A stretch of 63,817 nt of DNA, filler included, from Lenisia limosa (Eukaryota > Protista > Breviatea), in NCBI GenBank assembly GCA_001655205.1. It is 10 parts of 10 records of this genome, joined end to end, with 100 filler letters (N's around TTAATTAATTAA, not from the genome) between each part and the next. Parts side by side here need not be neighbours in the genome. Positions count along the whole stretch, not along the records: positions 26,449 to 37,092 come from LPNZ01007796.1; positions 37,193 to 39,517 come from LPNZ01002853.1; 8 more parts are not named here. The stretch is one strand, 5' to 3'. The translations under genes and the position numbers were made by a program. The notes under the pieces were generated by a model. It searched no databases. It saw only the letters and a program-made list of their open reading frames with translations, and was not told the DNA's origin. This document shows, in pieces, positions 26,449-37,299 of the stretch. The stretch's first letter is position 1, and each line of letters opens with the position of its first letter.

Positions 26449-29395
26449 CCTACCGAGAGTGGAGTTCTGGATGTGAACCATGTCGAACTTGCCGAACATG
26501 CGGGAGAATGCAAAGCCGGTAATGACACTGAATGGTTAATTCAAAAGATGACAGACACCAAGATCAAAAAATCAGTCGGCTTGGAATCCTAATGTACAGA
26601 GTTGATTTTGGACTTGCGTTTTGTATTTTATACCCCCCCCCCCCNNNNNNNNNNNNNNNNNNNNNNNNNNNNNNNNNNNNNNNNNNNNNNNNNNNNNNNN
26701 NNNNNNNNNNNNNNNNNNNNNNNNNNNNNNNNNNNNNNNNNNNNNNNNNNNNNNNNNNNTACCTGGGGAGGGGGGTGAGGAAAATACTATTTTTATTTTA
26801 CGTAGGGCTTCACTTCGGTTCGAAAAAAGAATGAATAAATCCTCAAAAACTATCGATATTTTCTGGTATTTTCCGAACCAAAATGCACTATTTATACAAC
26901 ACCTTGAAAGATACTACATAGAAAACCATGACCCNNNNNNNNNNNNNNNNNNNNNNNNNNNNNNNNNNNNNNNNNNNNNNNNNNNNNNNNNNNNNNNNNN
27001 NNNNNNNNNNNNNNNNNNNNNNNNNNNNNNNNNNNNNNNNNNNNNNNNNNNNNNNNTTCTTGCTTTTAAAAAGTCCCCACCGATCATTGCGAAGAGGTCG
27101 GAAACGTAGTTGGAGCCGTTGAGGTCACCGTAAGCTGAAAGATGTTAAAGCGGTTATTTACATATTAGTCCAGAAAAATGTCAGCAAACTGCGTGGGGTA
27201 AGCAAAGGTGATATTTAGGGTTCCTACGGTCCCAAAAAGACTGAATCTCTTGATGATAGACATGGATATTTTAAGGGTTTTTTCGGGCCGTAGGGAAGCC
27301 CCGTTTAAATGGCTTCAGCCAGGTACAACCTTTTTATGTTCTTCTTCTATTATATATACTACATATATACACTGAACGGGATAAGTCTTGACCGAATTGC
27401 TTTTTGATTTTCCACCCCGTCACTATGGGGTTGGGGGTTGGTAAGAATGAAAAAATTTAATAGACAGTATAGAGGTGGGGGGGGGGGGANNNNNNNNNNN
27501 NNNNNNNNNNNNNNNNNNNNNNNNNNNNNNNNNNNNNNNNNNNNNNNNNNNNNNNNNNNNNNNNNNNNNNNNNNNNNNNNNNNNNNNNNNNNNNNNNNNN
27601 NNNNNNNNNNNNNNNNNNNNNNNNNNNNNNNNNNNNNNNNNNNNNNCGCAGTTTGCTTACCCCTCCTCAAGCAGTTTGTTTACCCCTCCCCCCACGCAGT
27701 TTGCCGTCCTTCTTGCGGTGAGCCAGAATGACGGAGGCAGCCAGGCCGAAGTATGCACCGAATGTGTGGACCGCAAGGGAGCCACCAACATCAACCATCT
27801 GATCGGTCACTCACGACAGAACAATAAGGACAGAACAATAAGGACAGAAAATTAAAATATTTAAATGATCATTCATGACAGAGAAATATAACCTGTGGAA
27901 CGGTAATCCAAGAATAATACTAGGCTAAGTGACACTCTGGTATATTGACGATATGAATCCAGCAAACCTCGAGTTCGTAGGTGGTAATGTAGAAGTTGAA
28001 AGCGTAGCAAGGCATTTCAAGGACGCCAAGAATGAGGAGCTGAGGGGCGTAAAACGAAGAAAATTTATGAAACAAAAAAAGCCCTGTTGGTATCGCTATA
28101 TTTTTGGTTTCCTTGATATATTGAATTTGGATTATTCTTGTTCGCAAAAACACTATCCATTGCCCTTACGAACCTGAGAAAGAGAGACCTTGCCAAGGAG
28201 AGCACCGAAGGTGACTGCAATATGAGATAAATCAGAATGTCTCTCCCCATAATAAATAAAAGGACTTCGTGTAATCATAATGTTGAAACTAAGTGACAAA
28301 AATTTGAACCATGATAATAGGTCTCACTTCACATTTTGCAGTTATTTGTTCACAAAACACGGAGCCTTGAATAATAGAGTATCAAAGCCATCCATTCCCC
28401 NNNNNNNNNNNNNNNNNNNNNNNNNNNNNNNNNNNNNNNNNNNNNNNNNNNNNNNNNNNNNNNNNNNNNNNNNNNNNNNNNNNNNNNNNNNNNNNNNNNN
28501 NNNNNNNNNNNNNCGGTCCGAAAAATAAATTTTAAATATCGATTCTATCGAGGATTTTTCGAAAAATTCATTCTTTTGTAGTGCTCTAATTATACCCCCC
28601 CTTACTCATGCCAACGGCGGCGGCGAAAAGACCCTCAATTAGGTAGACAATGGAGAGGGGAATCTTGACCCAGTGGTCGTTGTGGTAGTTGTGTACGGCT
28701 CCCATGCAGAGCATTCCGACCTGAAACGTTATTCGCATGGTCAAAGCGTGAAAGAAAAAAAGACCCATAACATAATGAAGATTTAAAGCTACCCCCCCCC
28801 CCTACAAGGATAAAGATGACGGNNNNNNNNNNNNNNNNNNNNNNNNNNNNNNNNNNNNNNNNNNNNNNNNNNNNNNNNNNNNNNNNNNNNNNNNNNNNNN
28901 NNNNNNNNNNNNNNNNNNNNNNNNAGGTAGCCGAAACTACCCAGGTGGTGAGTCACACTCAGGAAAAATATCCGATTGTGATCAGATGTGAAATTGTGAA
29001 AACTTCAGCTCCGATCCAAAAGAAAGAAAAGTCAACAAGCCTCCACCAACCCAATGAAAATCATGACCGCGACGTCAGAGAAGAGACTGTAACGAGTGTT
29101 TTGGGTACCGACGGTGGCTGTAAAGTCATTACGGTCCCGATACTCCTCTAACCAACCATCAGTCACAGATTCATAGTCAGTGAAGAGCTGGAAGGCAACA
29201 ACAAGAGCGACGTAGAACGCCATGAAAAGAGGCATGAAGATATCCTGTCAAATGAGAATTTAGAGCACTAAGCATCGATAAAGTCCGAGTTAATGTCTGT
29301 AAACTCGATATATAAATTGAGGAACAAACCATGGTCTTCTTGGCGGTGGAAGGCTTGACCTCCTTCGTAAGCTCAACAGTTGCAGAGTCAGACAT
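26449..29395 (-). CDS. Rh-family ammonium transporter (3' end lost at linker)
   Basis: Exons read YSLFSDVAVMIFIG..GSFGYL, TFGALLGK, PQLLILG, DVGGSLAVHTFGAYFGLAAS, SDLFAMIG, GKFDMVHIQNST. These are hallmark Rh motifs, including both conserved His residues. Confidence 0.93.
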
Positions 29396-29689
29396 TGTTA
29401 AAAAGGGATCGTTCTTGAAAAATCTTTTCGTAAAAAAGGAATAAAGAATATTCTAGAAAAACCCGGGTACTGACGCACCTGCTCCCGGGTTTCCAGTGTT
29501 TTTGGTAGCCCATCTACCTGACCCAGCCTGACCAAGCAAAGGCCTTGCATCTTCAAATCTAACGTGTAATGTGATATAATGATTACTCTGTCAACCACCA
29601 TCAATGTTTTCACAGCGATTTTCCACTTCTGACCCATTATTTCTGCGACATAGGATTCAAATCTGGTGAATCTGTCATATTCTGACAAA

Positions 29690-31950
29690 CTATGCACATA
29701 GGGAGCTCGTTGGCAGCCATAGTTGCCAGCGCAGTGAACAATGAAAATGAAGTTCAGATCAGGTTTGATGTCGTGATTGTTGTTTTGTTTCATTCTCAAG
29801 ATGTTTGGCTCAAAACGCGGCAAGATGGTTCTATCAAGTCAGCTTGTCAAGGTTTTTATCCGAGGCTGATGATATGCTCGGAGCGATCCTTGACTCCAAC
29901 ATTGCAGCCTTTGTCAAAGAGCAAACGTATTAGGGCTCAAGCCTGATGTATTAGTGCGAACAGTATTTATCTCGACGCGCACTGGATGGCAGAGAACGGC
30001 GTCACAGCGATCTCCCAATTCAACTTCTTTTTCTCTGGTATCTTGATGACCTCATGCTTTAGATTGAAATGGGACACGCCTGAGAAAGGCTGGGTGGACC
30101 TCCTATCGCACATCACGAGGCTTGACATTATGACTTGCCAATGGTTTGTTCGATGCATAGTTGGAAGACAAATGATGGTTGCATTAATATTCTACTTTTA
30201 TTGAATAATATGTCTGATTAGCAAGATGGTGTGAATGGCTTCGGCCAGATAAAACATTGTTTTATTCTCATTCTCTAAATAATTAACCGCGAGTGTTTTC
30301 TGTTGTGACCGCGATAGGGCTGACATTGTGTCATTGGGAGAGGAGTATCGCATGAGCGGCTTTGCATTGTTCAATGACGAAACTGCTGGGGTAGGAACGG
30401 AACTGTCGAGTGGTGCTGCAGAAGCGACTGGCCTGGGCTTCGTTTGTTTTGTTTTGATCAACCCTTGTGTGTTTTCAGCCAAGAGTTGATTTTGGGCTTT
30501 ATTTTTTGTTGCATAAATTTTCCATTCCCCCCTCCCCCACAGCCAAGCGGTTCTTATTTGCAGCAAATCCAATATATTGGTGTATTGGAGGATAGCTGGG
30601 GTATGAACGGTTCTCATTTCAATTATTTGACCATTTTCACACTATTTCCACGCAGTAATGGCTTGGTGTTTCTCAATTTATTTTCCACCTAACAAAGATA
30701 CATTCTCGCATAGAAAATATCTTTAATTGCTACTTTAACAGTTCCTTTTAATTTGCATTTTCAAAACTTTATTGTCTTTTTTCATTCACTANNNNNNNNN
30801 NNNNNNNNNNNNNNNNNNNNNNNNNNNNNNNNNNNNNNNNNNNNNNNNNNNNNNNNNNNNNNNNNNNNNNNNNNNNNNNNNNNNNNNNNNNNNNNNNNNN
30901 NNNNNNNNNNNNNNNNNNNNNNNTTCACATTCTCGCAAACCCTCACCAAACTCCTGACAAGAGCCCTCGTGATGCTCATTCGTTATCGACCGTCTCCCCT
31001 CATTGAAGAGTGTGCTTGTTACAGGAAGTACATTCTATAAATGCAAAACAATACATAGAGATTAGGGCTTCACTTCGGTTAGGAAAATACCGACAAAATA
31101 TTGATAGTTTTCCAGGATTTATCGGGAAATTCCGTCTTTTTTCGAACCGAAGTGAAGTCCTAATAGGGATGTCATAAAACAAAATCTCACTATACGCATG
31201 CGTCACTCATTGCACTTAATACACAATGGCTTACAATTAACTATAATCTGTTTGCGTGAATACGTCATAGAAAATCCTTGGATGCAAACGGTTTCAAAAG
31301 CCGTGTGTAATACCGATATTTATCAAGTCAGTCTGTTTTGGAAAGCTTACCACTGACTCGACAGGTGTGTGAATAAGATCTACCGAATAAAGCAGTACAA
31401 CGCTAAATGGACCAAAGACCCAACTGAGATCTACCAGGTAGGAAAGGAAGGGGATTGGGTAGGAAAGGAAGGGGATTGTTTTTGAACTTTCTGCAATTTT
31501 GTTTTGTTTTTGGAATTAATTGCTTTTTTTTTGGAAAAAAAGTGTCTAAAATTTTTCTGAACAATGGAACCCCCTTGAAATTTTAAAATTAATCTCAAAA
31601 TTAATTACGCGGAGTCCTGGATAATTCGATGAATAATAATTCAATCTTTTCGATTTTTATTCATGGACAGAATTTTTGATCATTTTATTCCACTGGTTAT
31701 TAATTTTCTGCAACTGATTACTTGTTGTTCAAAACATTGATTATGTTGAAAACTTGTGATCATCTCTCACTATTTAGGTAAGCGGAGTGTTGAAGTGTAA
31801 GAGATGGATTGTTTTTTTCTCCTATTGAAAATATCACTTCCTTTCTTATTCGACTATGATAGTGTAAGGATATTGAGGTCAGTATTTTGAAAGCCAGGAT
31901 TGCAGTGTCAGGAGGACAACCATGTTGGACGATTGTGAATAGGGTTAGAA
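29690..31950 (+). CDS. Hypothetical multi-exon gene
   Basis: Several AG/GT-bounded exons (SIYLDAHWMAENGVTAISQF, KWDTPEKGWVDLLSHI, IYRIKQYNAKWTKDPTEIYQ). No family recognised. Confidence 0.4.
31063..31162. mobile_element. 100-bp hAT-type MITE (family C)
   Basis: Terminal inverted repeats TAGGGCTTCACTTCGGTT.../...AACCGAAGTGAAGTCCTA flanked by an 8-bp near-duplication atagagat/atagggat. Confidence 0.85.
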
Positions 31951-31989
31951 CCCATAACACCTACCCAAAAAATCCACACAAAATCAAGG

Positions 31990-34296
31990 AAAGCACATAG
32001 TATATCTATTTGATAAATGATCAGACTTCCTAAGCATCCTAATGGACTTCCATCCTCAACGTTTCATCTTCTCCTCCTCTGTACAAGTCATATTGGTCGT
32101 GATGGTGTGGCGGAAAGAATGGACGGTGAAAAGGAGGGCTTTTTCCTCAGACAGACCAGTTTTGACCAAGTCAGACCGGAGAATGTCATACATTGCTCGA
32201 ACTCTCAGCAGGCTACAGGATGGCCAAACGAACAAGGCACGATCCACGTTCTTGTCGTTGTTGCGTGACTGTTCGTTGAGGGCTAATTGCGGCCACTGGG
32301 CAAATGGTCTTTGAGGCCGTTGGTCGGTACATCAAAGAGGCTCATCTTGGCTTGTGACCCGGCGGGGAGGGTCCAGGGTGACTATCCCAGTTCATTGAGG
32401 GTTCCTCAGGAGGTCAGCCCACGAATCTAGGGCGGTTCTAGCGTGATGGGACACGTTTTGAAGTGCAGGGGAGTGTGGGAAAAGGCTAATCTCATTGTGA
32501 AGTGCCTTTGTCAAACGACGGCCAACTGGGGTATCCCGACCAGCCTAGGCCAATTTGTTCGAAAGGGACTGGAGGGACTTGATAGACTGGGGAGCATGGG
32601 TGGCAATGTTAATGTGATGGAGATATGCGGCAATCTTGTCCTTGGGGAGACGAGCGGTCATAGTCGGGTGTCAATTTCTCCCCCAGAACCGTCATATTAT
32701 GAGTTGAAAAGGACACCTTGTCCTCTCCGTAGGGGATGCCGACAAGGGTCCAGAAAATGAGAACTGACGCGAGGATGTAGCGACCAAAAGATGCAGTTTC
32801 GGCTGTGCCAAAAACGTCGTCAAAGTAAATTGAAATATACCATTTCTCTTCTGAAATCATAGAATCCAGGTTCTTATTGAGATAGTGAATTTGACCATGG
32901 AGGAGTTTATCAGGGATGGGTATTGACGAATTACACCCTCTTTGACCCCCTCTTGTTGATTTCAAGAGTGGCGCGGGATATAGCGTCAAAGAGGACAGGG
33001 CAGTTTTGGAACCCAAATGGGAGGTAATTGTACCGATAATGCTTCTCATCTGGCAAATTACAGCAGAGCCAATCTTGACTTGTTGGGCGGACAGGAAGTA
33101 GGTTGAAGGCACTCATCATATCAGCAGAAAATAAGAAATGATCGGGCCGTAAGAAATCTTTAAGGCCAGTGACTCGATCCAGCAAAAAGGGGCGCTTGAG
33201 AGTGTCGTTAGTGAAACGAGAGCCGTCAAGGATTTGGTCTTGTTCAAATGAGGGATTTCTTTGACGACAACTCCAACGGGATTGTAGTTGGCGTACGTTG
33301 GGGGAATCAATAACTCAGTAACAGTACCCGCAACAACAAGTTCTTTGTATGTGTCAGAGAGAACCTTAGAATTCTCTTGTGCCTTTGGCCAGTTTCGGAC
33401 GTGGAATTTGGTAGATGCGGAATCTTTCATACCAATGTCGGCACCTTTCCATAAAATAGCCGACACGATCCTCAAACCCAACCTTTCTCATCTCCTCGTC
33501 CATATAACAGGGTTGATCTTGTGGTGAGGAGAGGGGCAGGATTCAGCTGGCGGCTCCAAGTAATGCAGCCTCCTCGGGGTCGGCAGGGTTGGTGCGGAAG
33601 TGGTGGTATGTATCGTAGTCCGCCATAGAGACGTAGAGGGAACGGTCCTTTGTCGCACGAGACCCTATATAGGGTTGGATCCTTTATTCACTTAGTTTCT
33701 ATAATATACTCTGTATCAGTCTTCAGTTGATCATAATTTAGCATCTCGCATAGTCATTAAAAAACAGATTGTTAATCACTTGATAACTCAGAATCAATGC
33801 ATTTATCCAGACTTAGGGTGGATTACACCCTGTCCAAGGTTCTTCTTGGAACAAGCTTTTACCGAATGCCCAGGCTTTTTACAATGAAAACAGACTGCCT
33901 CTGCCGTTTGGCCTGGGGCAGCCACCGTCTGCGTTATACGTCGCACAAATGGGACTGTATGAGTTAGAGATGAAAATCGCACGGGACAAACGTAGCAATG
34001 ACATGAAGGCATAAAAACACATCGAATCAAAACAAGTTCTTACCGGAGTGGCGAGGGATCTTCTGGAACCTTCNNNNNNNNNNGGCCTGAGGAAGAGCCT
34101 CATCGTCAGAGTCGGCGAGTTCTGAAACGGAGTCTTCTTCTTGAGATACTTCTTCTTCTTGAGCGACCTCGTTGACCTCCTTGGTACGCTTAGCGACCTT
34201 CTTCTTGGCCTTGGGAGTCTTATTCTTGGCCTTTTCTTCTTGAGGATGAGGGGGGGAGGGGGGTGCAGCACGCATATTTCTTCCCCATTTGTGCAC
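31990..34296 (-). mobile_element. Decayed DIRS/Ngaro-like tyrosine-recombinase retrotransposon (gag-RT-truncated YR)
   Basis: Gag with CCHC knuckle CFHCKKPGHSVKAC; RT motifs NPVGVVVK, FSADMMSAF, YNYLPFGFQNCP, YFDD, LGEIDT..MTARLP; YR C-terminus ICPVAA, LFVWP, HSFRH..GWKS. Contains in-frame stops and frameshifts. Confidence 0.9.
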
Positions 34297-34499
34297 AAGT
34301 AGCTCAAAAAAATTTCAAAAGAGAAATTGTTATTCAATTTTTTTGTTAAATCTCAGATGAACTGAAACAGTCTCTTAACTTTTTATGAGATTAAAATTGA
34401 TTATGTAATATGTTGCTGCTAGCATTGTTTACACCTCTTTACCTGAAATAAAACTATCATTAAACACACTGCTGCATTTAAGATTATTTTAGGCTCAAA

Positions 34500-37092
34500 C
34501 TTTTATCTACGAAGCCCTTGCTGCGAACAGCGAGTCCCCCTCCCGCGAACACTTTGACTGGAGAAACAAACAGGCGGTAGGCAGGAGACGGTTGTGAATT
34601 GTTATGCTATTATATCTTCGTTTAATACATTTTCCATTTTTACTCCCTTCACCCTTTTGTTGTTCTCAACCTTTGTGTGTTGTCAGCCAACATAATTGAT
34701 TTTGGGTTTTTTCTGTTTCATACAGTTTCCCTTTTTAATAATCGATACGAATGATTCATATTATATGCATATCATGTACTACTTTGATATTATGCATATT
34801 TTATACTATATATGGGATCTTTGGATTTTAATTGACCACCCAGGTCGGGTCGAACCGAGCCGTGCCGCCGCCGATGCGATCACACTCCTTCCAACACCCG
34901 GCACGCACCTCTTCTGGCCGACGGCGTTCTCTGCCCAGTGGCGAGTCCTTGAATAGCAGCGGTAGGGAGGGGGAAAGAAGAAGGGATGTCAATCAACCCT
35001 TATCCACTAGTGATATGATCAAATGACCGACTTTCGAGGCAAAATAATGAACGAAGATAACACGAGGGTTCATCCCGAGTGTATCAGAGTATCATTGAGA
35101 CTTGTCGGTCAATTATATCATACGAGTGGATATGAGGTACCATATCACTGCGTGGAAAATGATAGTTCACAAGCGTGAAAATGATCCAAAAGGTGATATG
35201 ATTATTCATTTGTAGGGGCAAGTCCTTGCTCCCACAACTAGGGCTTCACTTCGGTTCTAAAAAGACTGGCAAAAAAATCGATAGTTTTCGAGGATTTGTC
35301 GATAAATTCAGTCTTTTTCAAAACCTAAGTGAAGCCCTAGGTACAACCCATAAAACTATACCTCTGTTCAATTCTCCTGACCCCTCTCCCCACACACCAC
35401 CACCACAATTTGACCCCCCAGACTATCAATTTGGGTTATTTTTGTTTCATAAATTTTCCAATTTAACCCCCCTCCCCCAGACTATCCCGAAAACCACCTT
35501 GTTGCCTCTATACGACCCTCGGCTCTCACTGCTCTCCCCGGCCTTGGTGGACATTATCTCGAGCTGTCGTACCCGCGTTATTGCAAATGGAATGCTGTAG
35601 GCGGCGTGGTATATGGCTTCCCGACGTTCCCAAAACAAGACTGATTTTTCCGAATTTTTTTATATCTAATACATTTAAAATATATGTAAATATGTACATG
35701 GGGATACCATAGTATTGTTATTATCTCCATGTTATCGCAAATGAAATGCTGTAGGTCAGGGTGTCATTGGCTTCACTTCGGTCCAAAAAAGACCGGTAAA
35801 ATATCGATAGATTTCAAGAGATTCAGACTTTTTTTGAACCGAAGTGTAACTCTTGTCATTCATGTCAAATATTGGAAGGGCATACTTATTAATACTGGGG
35901 TTATCCTTGGTATGTATCAGGCCGAAGCCGCCCACACCATCACGCTTATAAGAGATATTGGATTTTTTGCCTGATTAATAATTATATTACATACCGTGAC
36001 CAGGATAAGTCATGACCTATATTCCTTGGGAATTCAGATAGGAAATCGGTCAAGACTTCTCCCAGTCACTGTACACACATCACATGTGTTTATAACCCAA
36101 TAGCCCGGTCAACATCTTCAGCTATTGTCAGTCACAAACTGCCTCATCGAATAATTGATTATTACATAATTATTATACTTAGGGCTTCATTTCGGTTTGA
36201 AAAAACGCATGAAAATATCGATATTTTTCGATGATTTATTATCGAGAAATTCAGTCTTTTTTGGGACAGTAGGGAAACCCTTTTAATAATACATGTATTT
36301 ATAACCCTTTTAAAGCCCTATCATCCTTTCGATTATTTTACATTCATAAGATATATGATGTATACAGTGTATACAATATACTGTATATTTTAGTAACGTT
36401 GTAGTCTGGGCTACATCTTCAGATGTCCGTCACAAACTGGAGCCTCATTCACCTTGATGCTGTGTATGTTGGGCCCTGATGCTGTGTATGGGGTGTTAGT
36501 GGGGATCTGGAGGTAGCAATCTAGTCGTTTATAATATTTTCGAAATCGAGTCACATGACTTGGATTTTTAATACACTAACACCAGTCGTTTCTTTCTTAT
36601 TGTACTCTACTTTTTTTATGTTTTAGCAATGGAGTCAGTAACTGCGCCTGGTCACACGACTTCAATCATTTTTACATTATTTGGGTATGTTGTGATTTAA
36701 TCATTTTTACATTCTTTGGATATGTTGTTCTGATCCCTTACAACACAACTATAATTCCATTTTTGCTCAACCATTTTTGCTGAACTCACACAATCCCTCA
36801 TGGTATTATTCCAAAACGTAACCACATTCCATAACCTATTAGTACTAGAGCTTCACTTTCGGTTCAGAAACAGCTGTAAAATATCGATATTTTTCGAGGA
36901 TTTATCGAGAATTCAGTCTTTTTTTGAACCGAAAGTGCAGCTCTAATCAGTACACCCCTCCACATTCCATAACCCAAGCAGTACTCCATAGCAAAGCAAT
37001 CTGTCCGAGTCCTCTCTCGCGATGACGTGGCGCTCAAATGCCCTTCCATCGGCGCGCATTCAGTCGTGTCGGAGCTGATGAATGAAGTGCGC
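34500..37092 (-). CDS. Hypothetical multi-exon gene with MITE-laden introns
   Basis: GC-rich AG/GT-bounded segments near 36960-37090, 35490-35640, 34830-34960, 34510-34560. No motif recognised. Confidence 0.3.
35239..35339. mobile_element. hAT-type MITE family C copy
   Basis: TAGGGCTTCACTTCGGTT...GTGAAGCCCTA; flanks cccacaac/ggtacaac (5/8 match). Confidence 0.8.
35994..36071. mobile_element. 78-bp Tc1/mariner-type MITE family B copy
   Basis: TA|CCGTGACCAGGATAAGTC...GACTTCTCCCAGTCACTG|TA. Confidence 0.8.
36846..36945. mobile_element. hAT-type MITE family C copy
   Basis: TAGAGCTTCACTTTCGGTT...AACCGAAAGTGCAGCTCTA with 8-bp flanks attagtac/atcagtac. Confidence 0.85.
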
Positions 37093-37299
37093 NNNNNNNN
37101 NNNNNNNNNNNNNNNNNNNNNNNNNNNNNNNNNNNNTTAATTAATTAANNNNNNNNNNNNNNNNNNNNNNNNNNNNNNNNNNNNNNNNNNNNATTAGGAA
37201 TGGGCGGGCGGGGGGTTATGGGTAAGTTTTGAGGGTTGGGTGTGCAGTTGATTCTAGGTGGTCCATTTATTTTTCTACATTACCTTTTAAGGCAAGTGT

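Noticed and set aside
26020-26530. Apparent Rh transporter-amylase fusion on the minus strand
   Set aside because: A linker at 26349-26448 separates the two, and each is simply truncated.
30415-34720. Family D direct repeats as terminal repeats of the DIRS-like element
   Set aside because: Both copies are separated from the element by host-like exons, and the motif also occurs far from it.
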